This document shows positions 1 to 11,135 of a stretch of 64,000 nt of DNA, one piece after another. A program made the translations under genes and the position numbers. The first letter of the stretch is position 1. Each line of letters begins with the position of its first letter. Location: the NCBI GenBank assembly GCA_963697335.1, contig CAVONQ010000008.1:54487-118486 (forward strand), given 5' to 3'. The DNA is from an uncultured cyanobacterium (GTDB lineage Bacteria > Cyanobacteriota > Cyanobacteriia > PCC-6307 > Cyanobiaceae). The notes beneath the pieces are model-generated. The model did not search any database. It was not told where the DNA came from and worked only from the letters and a program-made list of their open reading frames with translations.

Positions 1-1524
1 AGCCTGGAGCGCCGCCGTTTCGAGGCCCTGTGTCCTGACCTGCTGGATCGGCTGCTGCGCCCCGTGCAGCGCGCCCTGCGCGACTCCAACCTGGCAGCCG
101 ATCAGATCGACGACGTGGTGCTGGTGGGGGGCTCCACCCGCATGCCGATGGTGCAGGAGATGGTGCGCACCCTGGTGCCGCGGGAGCCCTGCCAGTCGGT
201 GAATCCCGATGAGGTGGTGGCCATCGGCGCCGCCGTGCAGGCCGGCATCCTCACCGGCGAGCTGCGCGACCTGATGCTCAACGACGTGACGCCCCTCGGT
301 CTGGGTCTGGAGACGATCGGTGGCGCCATGAAGGTGCTGATCCCGCGCAACACGTCGATTCCTGTCCGCAAGAGCGACCTGTTCAGCACCTCGGAGGCCA
401 ACCAGAACTCCGTGGAGATCCACGTGCTGCAGGGGGAGCGCCAGATGGCGGCCGACAACAAGAGTCTCGGCCGCTTCCGCCTCTCCGGCATCCCGCCGGC
501 TCCCCGGGGGGTGCCCCAGGTGCAGGTGTCGTTCGACATCGATGCCAACGGCCTGCTGCAGGTGTCCGCCACCGACCGCACCACGGGCCGGCAGCAGAGC
601 GTCAGCATCCAGGGAGGGTCCAACCTCAGCGAGGAGGAGATCGCCCGGCTGTTGCAAGAGGCTGAGGAGAAGGCGGCGGAGGACCGGCGCAAGCGCGCCG
701 CGCTCGACCGACGCAACAAGGCCCTCACCCTGATCGCCCAGGCCGAACGCCGGCTGCGCGATGCCTCCGTGGAACTCGGCCCCTACGGCGCCGAACGCCA
801 GCAGCGGGCTGTGGAGGTGGCCCTGCGCGACGTGCAGGACCTGATGGCCCTGGAGCCCAGCGGCAAGAGCGATGCCGGTGAGCTGGAGCTGTCGGTGAGT
901 CAGCTGCAGGAGGCGGTGTATGCCCTGAACCGGCGCCTGCTGAGCGAGCGTCGCAGTGAGCAGGGCCCGCTGCAGGGCCTCAAGAACACCCTGGGATCGC
1001 TCAAGGATGAGCTGTTCAGCGACGACGACGACTGGGATGACTGGAGCCGCCCGGGCAGTGACCCCTGGGCGATGTCCTCCGGTCGATCCCGGGGCGGCTA
1101 CGACAACCTGGGCGCCCCAGGCCGCAATGACCTCGAGCGCGGCTACGACGACCGCCGCTACGACGAGCGTGGCGACGGCGACCGCCGCTATGCCGAACGC
1201 AGCTACCCCGAACGCAGCTACGCCGACAACGCCTATGGAGATCAGGGCTATGGCGCTCGCGGCGACGAGCCGAGGGGCTACGCCGCCCCCAATGATCTCG
1301 ACCGCGACGACCAGCCCCGCAGGGCGCCTCCGGCCCGAAGCTCCGAGGCCTGGGACGACCTGAGGGATGGCAGCGCCAGGGATCCAGATCCGTACCTGAA
1401 CCGAAGCCGCCGGCGCCCCGCCGAGCCGGCGGACCCCACCGGTCGTGGGGACCCGCAGGACGGCTACCCCCAGGCACGTCCTGTCGCCCGGGTGCCGGAT
1501 GACGACCCCTGGTCTGACGGCTGA
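1..1524 (+). CDS. dnaK: Hsp70 chaperone DnaK (cyanobacterial DnaK3-type), 5'-partial, with long low-complexity C-terminal tail
   Basis: Frame is open from base 1. Motifs VVLVGGSTRMP, NPDEVVAIGAA, DVTPLGLG, GIPPAPRGVPQ and acidic DDDDWDDW. Directly upstream of a dnaJ gene. Confidence 0.95.
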   Translation, partial: SLERRRFEALCPDLLDRLLRPVQRALRDSNLAADQIDDVVLVGGSTRMPMVQEMVRTLVPREPCQSVNPDEVVAIGAAVQAGILTGELRDLMLNDVTPLGLGLETIGGAMKVLIPRNTSIPVRKSDLFSTSEANQNSVEIHVLQGERQMAADNKSLGRFRLSGIPPAPRGVPQVQVSFDIDANGLLQVSATDRTTGRQQSVSIQGGSNLSEEEIARLLQEAEEKAAEDRRKRAALDRRNKALTLIAQAERRLRDASVELGPYGAERQQRAVEVALRDVQDLMALEPSGKSDAGELELSVSQLQEAVYALNRRLLSERRSEQGPLQGLKNTLGSLKDELFSDDDDWDDWSRPGSDPWAMSSGRSRGGYDNLGAPGRNDLERGYDDRRYDERGDGDRRYAERSYPERSYADNAYGDQGYGARGDEPRGYAAPNDLDRDDQPRRAPPARSSEAWDDLRDGSARDPDPYLNRSRRRPAEPADPTGRGDPQDGYPQARPVARVPDDDPWSDG

Positions 1525-1529
1525 CTCCT

Positions 1530-2561
1530 GTGGCAGTGCGTTCCTCGGCCCCATCGGACTACTGGGCGGTGCTCGGCCTGGATCCGGGGGCCGATCTCCC
1601 CAGCCTGAAGCGGGCCTTCCGGGCCCAGGCCAGGCGTTTCCACCCCGACCTCAACGGCAACGACCCCAGCGCCGAGGAGCGCTTCAAGCTGGTCAACGAG
1701 GCCTATGCGGTGCTCTCCGACCCCCGGCGACGGGCAGCCTGGGAGCGCGGCGAAGGGGCCGGGACCGCTGCGCCGGCCGATCCCTTTGCCAGCGGCTTTC
1801 CGCATTTCGAGACCTACCTCGAGGCGCTCTTCGGCCAGCGGCAGCGCAGCCGCTCCGCCCCGGTGGACGATCCTGACAGCAGCTGGGAGCAGGACGAGAG
1901 CGCCTACGACGGTTCAGCTGGCGAGCCGTTCGCGGCGGATCCAAGCCCTGCCGATGGCGGCAGAGATTCCGTCAGCGGTGGCTGGGGGGCGGGGGGCTCC
2001 GTGACAGCCTCGCCAGCCCCGCCACCGCCGGTGCAGGCCAGCACTGATGCGGAGAGCACGGTGGTGCTGAGTCCCGAGCAGGCGCTGCAGGGGGAACGGG
2101 TGGAGCTGGAGCTGCCTGACGGCAGCGCTGTTGAAGTGTGGACGCCGGCCATGGCGGGCGATGGCTGGAGGCTGCGCTTGGAGGGCGTTGCCCCTGGCGG
2201 CGGGGATCACTTTCTGCAGTTGCGGGTGCGCACGGAGGAGGGGCTGCGCATCGATGGCCTGCGGGTGCACTACAGCCTCGATCTCACCCCCGCCGAAGCG
2301 GCCCTGGGCTGTGTGGTGGTGGTGCCCACCCTGCGCGGCCCGGTGAAACTCACGGTGCCGCCCTGCTCCTCCAGTGGTCGGCTGCTGCGGCTGCGGGGCC
2401 GGGGCATGGAGTGGGGCGACCAGCGCGGTGACCAGCTGGTGGAGGTGCGCATCGTGCTGCCGGACCAGCTGGACGATGCCGAGGCAGCCCTCTACGGCCG
2501 TCTCCAGGAGCTCGCCGACCATGCGGCCGATGAGGCCGCCCAGGAGCAAGCCGGGCGGTGA
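1530..2561 (+). CDS. dnaJ: DnaJ-class co-chaperone (J domain plus C-terminal domain, no zinc finger)
   Basis: DYWAVLG...FHPDLN (HPD)...FKLVNEAYAVLSD; DnaJ_C motif LRLRGRG...GDQLV. Confidence 0.9.
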   Translation: MAVRSSAPSDYWAVLGLDPGADLPSLKRAFRAQARRFHPDLNGNDPSAEERFKLVNEAYAVLSDPRRRAAWERGEGAGTAAPADPFASGFPHFETYLEALFGQRQRSRSAPVDDPDSSWEQDESAYDGSAGEPFAADPSPADGGRDSVSGGWGAGGSVTASPAPPPPVQASTDAESTVVLSPEQALQGERVELELPDGSAVEVWTPAMAGDGWRLRLEGVAPGGGDHFLQLRVRTEEGLRIDGLRVHYSLDLTPAEAALGCVVVVPTLRGPVKLTVPPCSSSGRLLRLRGRGMEWGDQRGDQLVEVRIVLPDQLDDAEAALYGRLQELADHAADEAAQEQAGR

Positions 2562-2600
2562 GAGAGTGGAGCACCTGCGCCCCTCCTCCCACCTCCTCCC

Positions 2601-3065
2601 ATGCCGGTGCACGTGCTGCTCTTCGATCCCGGAACCGATCAGGAGGGCATCCATTCCCTCGAGATCAACGGCCGCACCGTGGTGCTGCTGTTCGAGGCCC
2701 GTGATGACGCCGAGCGCTATGCGGGCCTGCTGGAGGCCCAGGACTTTCCCGTGCCCTGTGTGGAGGCCCTGGAGCGCCCGGAGATGGAGCAGTTCTGCCT
2801 GGAATCGGGCTATGAGGCCCGCTTCGTGCCCGTGGGCTTCCTGCCCCAGAGCCCCGAGGACCGGCTGCTGATCGCGCCGCCGGAACGCAACATGGACGTG
2901 ACCACCTGGCAGGAGCAGACCGCCGCTGCCGGCACCATGGCCGGCTCCCATGGTGCCGGCGAGCAGGGCCTCGATCCTCCCGGTGAGCGGACGCCGGCCG
3001 ACCCCATCAACAGCGGCGATCCGGAACTCGAGGCCTTCCGCCGCAAGCTGGAGGGGCTGCTGTGA
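2601..3065 (+). CDS. DUF3110 family protein
   Basis: VHVLLF..GTDQEGIHSL..VLLFE..DDAERYAGLLEAQDFP, typical of this cyanobacterial family in the dnaJ-murQ context. Confidence 0.8.
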   Translation: MPVHVLLFDPGTDQEGIHSLEINGRTVVLLFEARDDAERYAGLLEAQDFPVPCVEALERPEMEQFCLESGYEARFVPVGFLPQSPEDRLLIAPPERNMDVTTWQEQTAAAGTMAGSHGAGEQGLDPPGERTPADPINSGDPELEAFRRKLEGLL

Positions 3066-4018
3066 GCCCGGCCACCGCCGCTGGGGCCGATCGGGGCCAC
3101 CTGCTCACCGAACAGGCCAATCCCCTCAGCGCCAGCCTCGATCAGCTGCCCACCGCGGAGTTGGTGGAGCTGTTCATTCGCAACGACCTCGAACCCCAGC
3201 GGGCCGTGGCCGCCGCCGCCCCTGCCCTCAGCAGCGCCATCGAGGCGATCACCTCCAGATTGCAGGCCGGGGGGCGACTCTTCTACCTGGGAGCCGGGAC
3301 CTCCGGACGGCTGGGAGTGCTGGATGCGGCGGAGTGTCCCCCCACGTTCTGCAGCCCGCCAGAGCTGGTGCAGGGGGTGCTGGCGGGCGGAGCACCGGCG
3401 CTGCTGCGCAGCTCCGAGGGTCTGGAGGATCTGGAGGAGGCGGGCCGCAGCGACCTGCAGGCCCTGGGCTTCGGGCCGGGGGACTGCCTGGTGGGCATTG
3501 CGGCCGGCGGCACCACCCCCTATGTGCTCGGCGGCCTGGAGCACGCCTCTGCCAGCGGCGCCCTGGCCATCGCCATGGCCTGCGTCCCCGCCGACCAGGT
3601 GCCGATGCCCTGCAGCATCGACATTCGCCTGCTCACGGGCCCTGAGCTGCTGGCCGGTTCCACCCGCCTCAAGGCCGGCACGGCCACCAAGATGGCGCTG
3701 AACATCCTCTCCACCGGCGTGATGGTGCGCCTGGGCAAGGTCTACGGCAACCGCATGGTGGATGTGGCGGTGACCAATGCCAAGCTGGAGGATCGGGCCC
3801 TGCGCATCCTGCGCGACCTGGCCGGGGTGGAGCGCGCTGCCGCTGTGGCGCTGTTGGAGCGCTCGGGCGGTTCCGTGAAGCTGGCCCTGCTGATGCAGGC
3901 CACAGGGCTGGAGGCAGCTGCAGCCACCGAGGCCCTGGCGACCCATGGGCCCAGCCTGCGCAGCACCCTTACTGCCCTGGGGGCCTGCCTGGATCAGCCG
4001 TCGAACGGGCCCCAGTAG
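3062..4018 (+). CDS. murQ: N-acetylmuramic acid 6-phosphate etherase
   Basis: [46 protein letters not shown]. Confidence 0.95.
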   Translation: MSPATAAGADRGHLLTEQANPLSASLDQLPTAELVELFIRNDLEPQRAVAAAAPALSSAIEAITSRLQAGGRLFYLGAGTSGRLGVLDAAECPPTFCSPPELVQGVLAGGAPALLRSSEGLEDLEEAGRSDLQALGFGPGDCLVGIAAGGTTPYVLGGLEHASASGALAIAMACVPADQVPMPCSIDIRLLTGPELLAGSTRLKAGTATKMALNILSTGVMVRLGKVYGNRMVDVAVTNAKLEDRALRILRDLAGVERAAAVALLERSGGSVKLALLMQATGLEAAAATEALATHGPSLRSTLTALGACLDQPSNGPQ

Positions 4019-4950
4019 GGGCTGGTGAACAGGTCCACGCGGCGGCGGGTTTCGGCGGGCACCTGCTCGGCAGGCGTCATCAGGGCATGGCGCAGGGCCT
4101 GGTGAAAGCTGCTGCTGGGCCGCAGCTCCCCCACCCGCTCAGCCGCCAGGCGCACAATCTGCTGGGCCAGGGCGGCATTGGAGCGCAGGTTGTCGATCAC
4201 CAGCTCCACCGTCACCGAGGCGTGCTCCTGGTGCCAGCAGTCGTAGTCGGTGACCATCGCCAGGGTGGCGTAGGCCATCTCGGCCTCGCGGGCCAGGCGG
4301 GCCTCGGTGTGGTTGGTCATCCCGATCACGCCGCAGCCCCAGCTGCGGTAGAGCTCGGACTCGGCCCGGGTGGAAAAGGCCGGCCCCTCCATGCACAGGT
4401 AGGTGCCGCCGCGGTGCATGTGGCGGCCCGGCGGCATCAGGCTGTCGCCCACGTCGGCCAGCAGGCGGCTGAGGGCGCCACAGAAGGGATCGGCTGCGGT
4501 GACATGGGCCACCACCCCCTCGCCGAAGAAGGTGAGGGGGCGCTGGTGGGTGCGATCGATGAACTGATCGGGCACCATCATGTCGAGGGGCCGGAACTGC
4601 TCCTGCAGGGATCCCACCGCCGACACCGACAGGATCCAGCGCACACCCAGGGAGCGCAGGGCCCAGAGGTTGGCCCGGTAGGGCACCTCGCTCGGCGTGA
4701 AGCTGTGGTGGCGGCCATGGCGGGCCAGGAACACCACCTCCAGGTCGTTGATGCGTCCCAGCCGCAGGCTGTCGGATGTGGGGCCGTAGGGCGTCTCGAC
4801 GCTGATCTCGCGCATGTCCTCCAGCCCGTCCATGGCGTAGAGGCCGCTGCCTCCCAGCACGCCGAGGCGGGCTCGGCGCAGGTCGGGGGCGGCACTGGTG
4901 GGGGCCGGCTCGGCAGGGGCGGGGGTGGTGGTGATGGGGGGTGTGGGCAT
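3994..4950 (-). CDS. mtnP: S-methyl-5'-thioadenosine phosphorylase
   Basis: [39 protein letters not shown]. Start placed at ATG 4950; the longer ORF-track extension overlaps the cyclophilin gene. Confidence 0.93.
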   Translation of the reverse strand: MPTPPITTTPAPAEPAPTSAAPDLRRARLGVLGGSGLYAMDGLEDMREISVETPYGPTSDSLRLGRINDLEVVFLARHGRHHSFTPSEVPYRANLWALRSLGVRWILSVSAVGSLQEQFRPLDMMVPDQFIDRTHQRPLTFFGEGVVAHVTAADPFCGALSRLLADVGDSLMPPGRHMHRGGTYLCMEGPAFSTRAESELYRSWGCGVIGMTNHTEARLAREAEMAYATLAMVTDYDCWHQEHASVTVELVIDNLRSNAALAQQIVRLAAERVGELRPSSSFHQALRHALMTPAEQVPAETRRRVDLFTSPYWGPFDG

Positions 4951-5046
4951 CGGGGACTTCGGGTGGGAGCCGCGCTCTGGCAGGCGGCGCAAACCGGCCC
5001 CATTGTCGTGCCGGCCCCATACAGTCGTGCTTTCAGCCATTCCCCC

Positions 5047-5487
5047 ATGACCAAAGCCCTGATGGAGACGGATGCCGGCAGCATCGAGCTCGAGCTCTTT
5101 GACGCCGACGCCCCGAACACCGTGGCCAACTTCACCAAGCTGGCCAAGGAGGGCTTCTACGACGGCCTCGCCTTCCACCGGGTGATCCCTGGCTTCATGG
5201 CCCAGGGCGGATGCCCCAACAGCCGCGACGGTGCCCCCGGCATGGCCGGCACGGGCGGCCCTGGCTACCACATCGACTGCGAGATCAACGGCCAGAAGCA
5301 CAAGTCCGGCACCCTGGCCATGGCCCATGCCGGCAAGAACACCGGTGGCTCGCAGTTCTACATCTGCCATGAGGCCCAGCCCCATCTCGATGGCGTGCAC
5401 ACCGTGTTCGGCCACACCACCAACATGGATGTGGTACAAGCCCTCAAGAACGGCAGCAAGATCACCAAGCTGACCATTCAGGACTGA
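5047..5487 (+). CDS. Cyclophilin-type peptidyl-prolyl cis-trans isomerase
   Basis: [46 protein letters not shown]. Confidence 0.95.
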   Translation: MTKALMETDAGSIELELFDADAPNTVANFTKLAKEGFYDGLAFHRVIPGFMAQGGCPNSRDGAPGMAGTGGPGYHIDCEINGQKHKSGTLAMAHAGKNTGGSQFYICHEAQPHLDGVHTVFGHTTNMDVVQALKNGSKITKLTIQD

Positions 5488-5500
5488 GCCGCCGCGGGCC

Positions 5501-7234
5501 TCAGCGCCAGACCAGGAAGGCCTCGGCCTGCAGCGGCAGGCCCGCCACGCCGCCCCCCTGGAGCTCCGCCAGGGGGCGCTGCTGGCACTGCAGCTGGGCG
5601 CTGGGATGGGCGGTGCGCTGCGCATCGGGCGTGAGCAACAGCGCCACGCTCTCGGTGTTTGGCCAGACGGCCAGCCGCCGCAGCAGGTCGGTGATGCCCT
5701 GCTCCCGCAGGCCATCGGCCCCACGGCCTGAACTGAGCAGCAGGGCCAGGTCGGGCTGGTTGAGCAGGGCCAGCAGCCGGGGGTGCTCCTCGCGCCCCAG
5801 CAGCAGCCCCTGTTCCAGGGCCCAGGCCTGCAGATGGTCCAACCGCTCCGCCCGGACGGCCGCTGGCCCACCGGACGCGTCGGTGGCCTCGCTCCAGGCC
5901 AATACCGCGGTGAGCCCCAGGGGGCAGCTCGGCCCGTCCCCCATCAGGTGCCCGAGCTTGGAGCGCTTGACGGCCAGGTAGGCCGCGTTGTGGGTGCCGG
6001 GATCCATGACCAGGGGCACCCGGTCCACCACCTCCAACCCATAGCCGCCGAGACCGGCGATCTTGCGGGGGTTGTTGGTGATCAGACGCAGTCGCTGGAT
6101 GCCCAGGTCGCTGAGAATCTGGGCACCCACGCCGTAGTTGCGCAGGTCGGCGGGGAAGCCCAGCCGCTCGTTGGCCTCCACCGTGTCCAGGCCCGTGTCC
6201 TGGAGTGAGTAGGCCCTGAGCTTGTTGATCAGGCCAATGCCCCGGCCCTCCTGGCGCAGGTACACCACCACCCCTTCGCCAGCCTCCTCCAGCATTCGCA
6301 GGGCCGTCTCCAGCTGGGGGCGGCAGTCACAGCGCAGCGACCCGAAGGCATCCCCGGTGAGGCACTCGCTGTGCACCCGCACCAGCACGGGCGCAGTGGC
6401 CTGCTCGGGATGGCCCTTGACGATGGCCACATGCTCGCTGCCATCGAGCTCATTGCGGTAGCCGATCGCCCGGAACTCCCCGAAGCTGCTGGGCAGGGCC
6501 GCCTCCGCCTGGCGGCGCACGAAGCGCTCGGTGTCGAGGCGGTAGCCAATCAGATCGGCGATGTTGATCAGGCGCAGGCCGTGGCGGCGGGCGTAGGCGG
6601 CCAGCTGGGGCAACCGGGCCATCGAGCCGTCGGGGTTCTGGATTTCGCAGATCACCCCGGCGGGGTAGAGGCCGGCCAGCCGGGCCAGATCCACGGCGGC
6701 TTCGGTGTGTCCCGCCCGCTTGAGCACCCCACCCTGGCGTGCCCGCAGCGGAAAGATGTGGCCGGGCCGGCGCAGGTCGCTGGGGCGGCTGGCGGGATGG
6801 ATGGCCACCTGGATCGTGCGGGCCCGGTCATCGGCGGAGATGCCGGTGCTGACGCCGTTCTCCGGGCCGGCATCGACGCTCACGGTGAAGGCCGTCTGGT
6901 TGTTGTCGGTGTTGCGATCCACCATCAGGGGCAGATCCAGGGCATCGAGGCGCTCGCCCTCCATGGCCAGGCAGATCAGGCCCCGCGCCTCGGTGGCCAT
7001 GAAGTTGATCTGCTCGGGGGTGGCGAACTGGGCGGCGCAGATCAGGTCGCCTTCGTTTTCACGGTTTTCGTCGTCCACCACCACGATCGAGTCACCGTTG
7101 CGGATCGCGGCGAGGGCATCGGCGATGGCATCGAAGCGGATGGCACCGGCGTCGGCCGCCTCGGAGCTGGCGACGGATGGGTTGCTCAGGGCGGTCAACG
7201 GGGGCGGTCGGACCCAAAGGCCCGGTGCAATCAT
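5501..7234 (-). CDS. ribBA: Bifunctional DHBP synthase / GTP cyclohydrolase II
   Basis: [54 protein letters not shown]. Confidence 0.95.
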   Translation of the reverse strand: MIAPGLWVRPPPLTALSNPSVASSEAADAGAIRFDAIADALAAIRNGDSIVVVDDENRENEGDLICAAQFATPEQINFMATEARGLICLAMEGERLDALDLPLMVDRNTDNNQTAFTVSVDAGPENGVSTGISADDRARTIQVAIHPASRPSDLRRPGHIFPLRARQGGVLKRAGHTEAAVDLARLAGLYPAGVICEIQNPDGSMARLPQLAAYARRHGLRLINIADLIGYRLDTERFVRRQAEAALPSSFGEFRAIGYRNELDGSEHVAIVKGHPEQATAPVLVRVHSECLTGDAFGSLRCDCRPQLETALRMLEEAGEGVVVYLRQEGRGIGLINKLRAYSLQDTGLDTVEANERLGFPADLRNYGVGAQILSDLGIQRLRLITNNPRKIAGLGGYGLEVVDRVPLVMDPGTHNAAYLAVKRSKLGHLMGDGPSCPLGLTAVLAWSEATDASGGPAAVRAERLDHLQAWALEQGLLLGREEHPRLLALLNQPDLALLLSSGRGADGLREQGITDLLRRLAVWPNTESVALLLTPDAQRTAHPSAQLQCQQRPLAELQGGGVAGLPLQAEAFLVWR

Positions 7235-7275
7235 CCTTTATAAAGCCCGCACCATCTCTCCATCGGGGCTCCGCC

Positions 7276-8340
7276 ATGGCCAGCAAGCGCGTCGCGGTGA
7301 TCGGTGCCAGCGGTTATGGCGGCCTCCAGACCCTGCGGCTGCTGCAGGGGCATCCCGGGTTTGAGGTGAGCTTCCTGGGCGGGGAGCGCAGCAGCGGCAA
7401 ACGCTGGAGCACCATCACGCCCTTCCTTCCCCTGCCCGGTGATCCGCTGGTGCAGAGCCCCGACCCCGAGGCGATCGCTGCCGCCGCCGACTTCGCCGTG
7501 CTGAGCCTGCCGAACGGCCTGGCCGCCCAGCTGGTGCCGCCGCTGCTGGAGCGCGGCGTGCGGGTGGTGGATCTCTCCGCCGACTACCGCTACCGCAGCC
7601 TGGAAACCTGGCAGACGGTGTACAGCGCCGAGGCCGCGGCGGTGCCCCGTCAGGACGCCGACCTCTGTGCCGAGGCGGTCTACGGCCTGCCCGAGTGGGA
7701 GGGTCGCCGTTTGGCCACAGCCCGATTGGTGGCGGCCCCCGGCTGCTTCCCCACGGCCTCCCTGCTGGGTCTGCTGCCCCTGCTCAAGCAGGGCCTGATC
7801 GACACCAGCGGCATCGTGATCGACGCCAAGACCGGCACCAGCGGCGGCGGCCGCGCCGCCAAGGAAAACCTGCTGCTGGCGGAGGCCGCCGAGGCGATCG
7901 CCCCCTACGGTGTGGTGGGCCACCGCCACACCAGCGAGATCGAGCAGATCGCCGGCCAGGTGGCCGGGCAACCCATCCAGCTGCAGTTCACCCCCCACCT
8001 GGTGCCGATGGTGCGCGGCCTGCTGGCCACCCTCTATGCCCGCCTGAGGGACCCCGGCCTCACCGCCGAGGACTGCCGCACGGTGCTGAGCTCCGCCTAC
8101 CCGGACAGCCCCTGCGTGCAGGTGCTGCCGGTGGGCACCTACCCCTCCACCAAGTGGGTGCGCCAGACCAACCGCGCCCTGCTCTCGGTGCAGGCCGACC
8201 CGCGCACCGGCCAGCTGATCGTGATGGGGGCGATCGACAACCTGGTGAAGGGCCAGGCGGGCCAGGGCGTGCAGTGCCTCAACCTGATGGCCGGGCTGGA
8301 GGCCACCACGGGGCTGCCCTTGCTGCCCTTCTACCCCTAG
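7276..8340 (+). CDS. argC: N-acetyl-gamma-glutamyl-phosphate reductase
   Basis: GASGYGG, DLSADYR, APGCFPT, HRHTSEI, DNLVKGQAGQ. Confidence 0.95.
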   Translation: MASKRVAVIGASGYGGLQTLRLLQGHPGFEVSFLGGERSSGKRWSTITPFLPLPGDPLVQSPDPEAIAAAADFAVLSLPNGLAAQLVPPLLERGVRVVDLSADYRYRSLETWQTVYSAEAAAVPRQDADLCAEAVYGLPEWEGRRLATARLVAAPGCFPTASLLGLLPLLKQGLIDTSGIVIDAKTGTSGGGRAAKENLLLAEAAEAIAPYGVVGHRHTSEIEQIAGQVAGQPIQLQFTPHLVPMVRGLLATLYARLRDPGLTAEDCRTVLSSAYPDSPCVQVLPVGTYPSTKWVRQTNRALLSVQADPRTGQLIVMGAIDNLVKGQAGQGVQCLNLMAGLEATTGLPLLPFYP

Positions 8341-9026
8341 GCCTCCAGCTCCAGGGCCCGGGCCGCCAGGGCCACCCCCAGGGGCAGGAGGCGATGCTCT
8401 AGCGGCCTGATGCGTGCCGCCAGCTGGTCACGGCTGTCGCCGGCCAGCACCGGCACGGCCGCCTGCACCAGGATCCGGCCCGCATCCACCTCCTCGCTCA
8501 CCAGGTGCACCGAGCAGCCGCTGAGGGTCACGCCGGCGGCGAGGGCCTGGCCCACGGCGTCGATGCCCCGAAAGCTGGGCAGCAGGGAGGGATGGATGTT
8601 CACCAGCCGGTCCGGGAAGGCGGCGATCAGGGTGGGGGTGACGATCCGCATCCAGCCCGCCATCACCACCAGATCGGCCCGGGCCTGGCGGAAGGCGGTG
8701 ATCAGGGCCGCATCCAGGGCGGCGCGGCTGGGCTGCCGCCGGTGATCGATCAACTGGCAGGGGATCCCCAGCCGTTCGGCCCGCTGCTGGGCCCCGCAGC
8801 CGGGGTTGTTCACCACCAGCAGCGCCACGTCGGCATGCAAAGCAGGCGGCTGCCCGCGGGTGGCGTCCACCAGGGCCTCGAAGTTGCTGCCCTCCCCGGA
8901 GGCCATCACGCCGAGGCGCAAGCGCGGGGCTCCGGGGCCGGGACCGACTGGTGCCAGGGGTGGCAATGGCCACTGGATGCTCGGCCAGTGATCGCTAGGG
9001 TCAGACAAAGCGGGCCTCGGCTCCAT
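8337..9026 (-). CDS. purN: Phosphoribosylglycinamide formyltransferase (start uncertain)
   Basis: ASGEGSNF, AGWMRIV, NIHPSLLPSF, GCSVH..VDAG. Confidence 0.92.
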   Translation of the reverse strand: MEPRPALSDPSDHWPSIQWPLPPLAPVGPGPGAPRLRLGVMASGEGSNFEALVDATRGQPPALHADVALLVVNNPGCGAQQRAERLGIPCQLIDHRRQPSRAALDAALITAFRQARADLVVMAGWMRIVTPTLIAAFPDRLVNIHPSLLPSFRGIDAVGQALAAGVTLSGCSVHLVSEEVDAGRILVQAAVPVLAGDSRDQLAARIRPLEHRLLPLGVALAARALELEA

Positions 9027-9369
9027 GTCCCATCTCTCCATCCTGCCCACCCAGTTCCGCGACATCGAGGGACTGGCTGCAAGCCTTGAGGCCCTCGGGC
9101 TCACCCCCAGCTATGGCGGGGTGCTGCGGGGTTTTGCCGATGAGCGCCAGCCCGTGGCGCTGCAGGTGAGGGTGGAGGCGGAGCTGAGCCTGGGCTGGAG
9201 CCGCCAGTCCGACGGCTGCCTGGCTCTGGTGGGCGATCTGCAGCGCCTCAGCCGCAGCCGCTCCCTGCAGGGGCTCTTGGGTCGGCTCACCCGGGCCTAC
9301 GCCGCCCGGTTGGCCCTCAGGGATGCCGGGCTCCACTTCGCCGATGCCCAGGTGAGCGTCAGCACCTGA
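9025..9369 (+). CDS. DUF1257 / Ycf35-like protein
   Basis: MSHLSILPT..L..SL..LG; GW....DG..L.LVGDL; resembles the Ycf35 family. Confidence 0.7.
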   Translation: MSHLSILPTQFRDIEGLAASLEALGLTPSYGGVLRGFADERQPVALQVRVEAELSLGWSRQSDGCLALVGDLQRLSRSRSLQGLLGRLTRAYAARLALRDAGLHFADAQVSVST

Positions 9370-9371
9370 AG

Positions 9372-11135
9372 TTGCCTGTGTCGTCGCCTGCCCCAGCCTG
9401 CCCTCGCTTTCAGCTCGATCTCAGCCAGCCCAGCAGCCACCTGGTGGGGGTGCGGTTGCAGCACACGCCCCGAAGCCGTTACCTGCGCTTCGCGCTGCCG
9501 GCCTGGACGCCGGGCTCCTACCTGATCCGTGACTACGTGCGCCAGCTGGAGGGCCTGGAGCTACTGCAGGGCGGCCAGGCCCGCCGCCTGCGCCGGGTCG
9601 GCACCAGCCGCTGGCAGGTGGAGCTGCCCAGCCTGGAACCGCTGGAGATCCGCTACCGGATCCTGGCCACGGAGCTCACGGTGCGCACCTGCCACCTCGA
9701 CAGCGACCACGGCTTCCTGGCCCTGGCCGCTGTGGCCCTCGAACTGGAGGGGGAGCGCTGGAGTCCCCAGACCCTGGAGCTGCGGCTGCCGCCGGAGTGG
9801 CAGGCCTTCGTGGCCCTGCCCCAGGACCCCTCCGGCCGCTGGCAGGCGAGCAGCTTTGATCAGTTGGTGGACACGCCGGTGGAGGTGGGGCCCCACCGCT
9901 GCCACCAGTTCAGCGTGGCCGGGGTGCCCCACCGCTGGGTGAGCTGGGGCCGCACCCTGGCCGGCGAGGATCTGCCGTCACCGGCCCCCCGCTGGCTGGC
10001 GGATGTGGAGCAGGTGTGCCTGGCCTGCTGCCGCCTGATGGGGGTGGAGCGGCCGGCCGCCGAGGCCTATCTGTTCGTGCTGCACCTGAACGCCAACGGC
10101 TATGGCGGGCTTGAGCACGACAGCAGCACCGTGCTGCAGTTCGGCCGCCGGCGCCTGGCCCGGCCGGAGGGCCGCCGCAAGCTGCTGCAGCTGGTGGCCC
10201 ACGAATACCTGCACCAGTGGAACGTGCGGCGGCTGCGGCCCGCCGAGCTCACCCCCTACGACTACGGCCAGGCGGTGGTGATTCCCACGCTCTGGTTCGC
10301 CGAAGGCATCACCAGCTACGTGGACCAGCTGCTGCCCCACAGCGCCGGGCTGTGCAGCGCCGCTGACGTGCTCGACGACCTCGGCACCGATCTGAGCCGT
10401 TATCTGTTGACCCCCGGCCGGGGCGTGCAGAGCCTGCGTCAGAGCGGCGAGGAGGCCTGGGTGAAGCTCTACCGCGCCGATGCTGACGCCCCCAACAACC
10501 AGATCAGCTACTACCTCAAAGGCGCCGTGGTGGCTCTGGTGCTCGACCTGCACCTGCGTCGCCTGGGCAGTGGCCTGCCGGTGGTGTTGCGGCAGCTCTG
10601 GCGGCGGCTGGGCAGCGTGGGCCGTGGTTACCGGGAGGCCGACCTGTTGGAGGCCTTTGCCGCCGAGGCCCCTGACCTCCAAACCCTGCTTCCGGCCTGG
10701 CTGGAGGGCTTGGAAGACCCCCCTCTGGCCTCCTATCTGGCCGATGTGGGGCTGAGCCTCCAGCCCCGCAGCGAGAGCGGTGCCTGGGTGGGGTGGCAGC
10801 TGCAGAGTGGCACAGGGGGGTTGACGTTGCAGCGGGTTTTGCGGGACTCTCCAGCCCAACAGGCTGGATTGATGGTGGGGGATGAATTGCTGGCCCTGAA
10901 AGGCTGGCGCCTGCATCAACCGGACGACGTGGCCCCACTCCTTGAGCCTGCAGCAGCCCTCGGCACGGCGGAAGACGCGATCCCGCTGCTGTATGCCCGC
11001 GATGGCCAGGTGAGAGCCACCCATCTCAGCCCTGCCCCGCCCGCCACCGAAGGCTGGGATCTGAAGCCAGATGCCGAAGCTGACGCGGCCAGCCTGGAAC
11101 GGCGGCGCCGCTGGCTGGCTCTGGAGCTGCCGTGA
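9372..11135 (+). CDS. M61 family metallopeptidase with C-terminal PDZ domain
   Basis: PAWTPGSYLIRDY, GGLEH, HEYLHQWN (HExxH), LWFAEGITSY, SYYLKG; PDZ motif SPAQQAGLMVGD. Confidence 0.9.
   Translation: MPVSSPAPACPRFQLDLSQPSSHLVGVRLQHTPRSRYLRFALPAWTPGSYLIRDYVRQLEGLELLQGGQARRLRRVGTSRWQVELPSLEPLEIRYRILATELTVRTCHLDSDHGFLALAAVALELEGERWSPQTLELRLPPEWQAFVALPQDPSGRWQASSFDQLVDTPVEVGPHRCHQFSVAGVPHRWVSWGRTLAGEDLPSPAPRWLADVEQVCLACCRLMGVERPAAEAYLFVLHLNANGYGGLEHDSSTVLQFGRRRLARPEGRRKLLQLVAHEYLHQWNVRRLRPAELTPYDYGQAVVIPTLWFAEGITSYVDQLLPHSAGLCSAADVLDDLGTDLSRYLLTPGRGVQSLRQSGEEAWVKLYRADADAPNNQISYYLKGAVVALVLDLHLRRLGSGLPVVLRQLWRRLGSVGRGYREADLLEAFAAEAPDLQTLLPAWLEGLEDPPLASYLADVGLSLQPRSESGAWVGWQLQSGTGGLTLQRVLRDSPAQQAGLMVGDELLALKGWRLHQPDDVAPLLEPAAALGTAEDAIPLLYARDGQVRATHLSPAPPATEGWDLKPDAEADAASLERRRRWLALELP

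Noticed and set aside
4951..5871. Apparent long N-terminal extensions of mtnP (also cyclophilin, sbcD, dapF, 2OG oxygenase) in the ORF track
   Set aside because: They overlap neighbouring real genes, and family similarity starts at downstream starts. These are not fusions.
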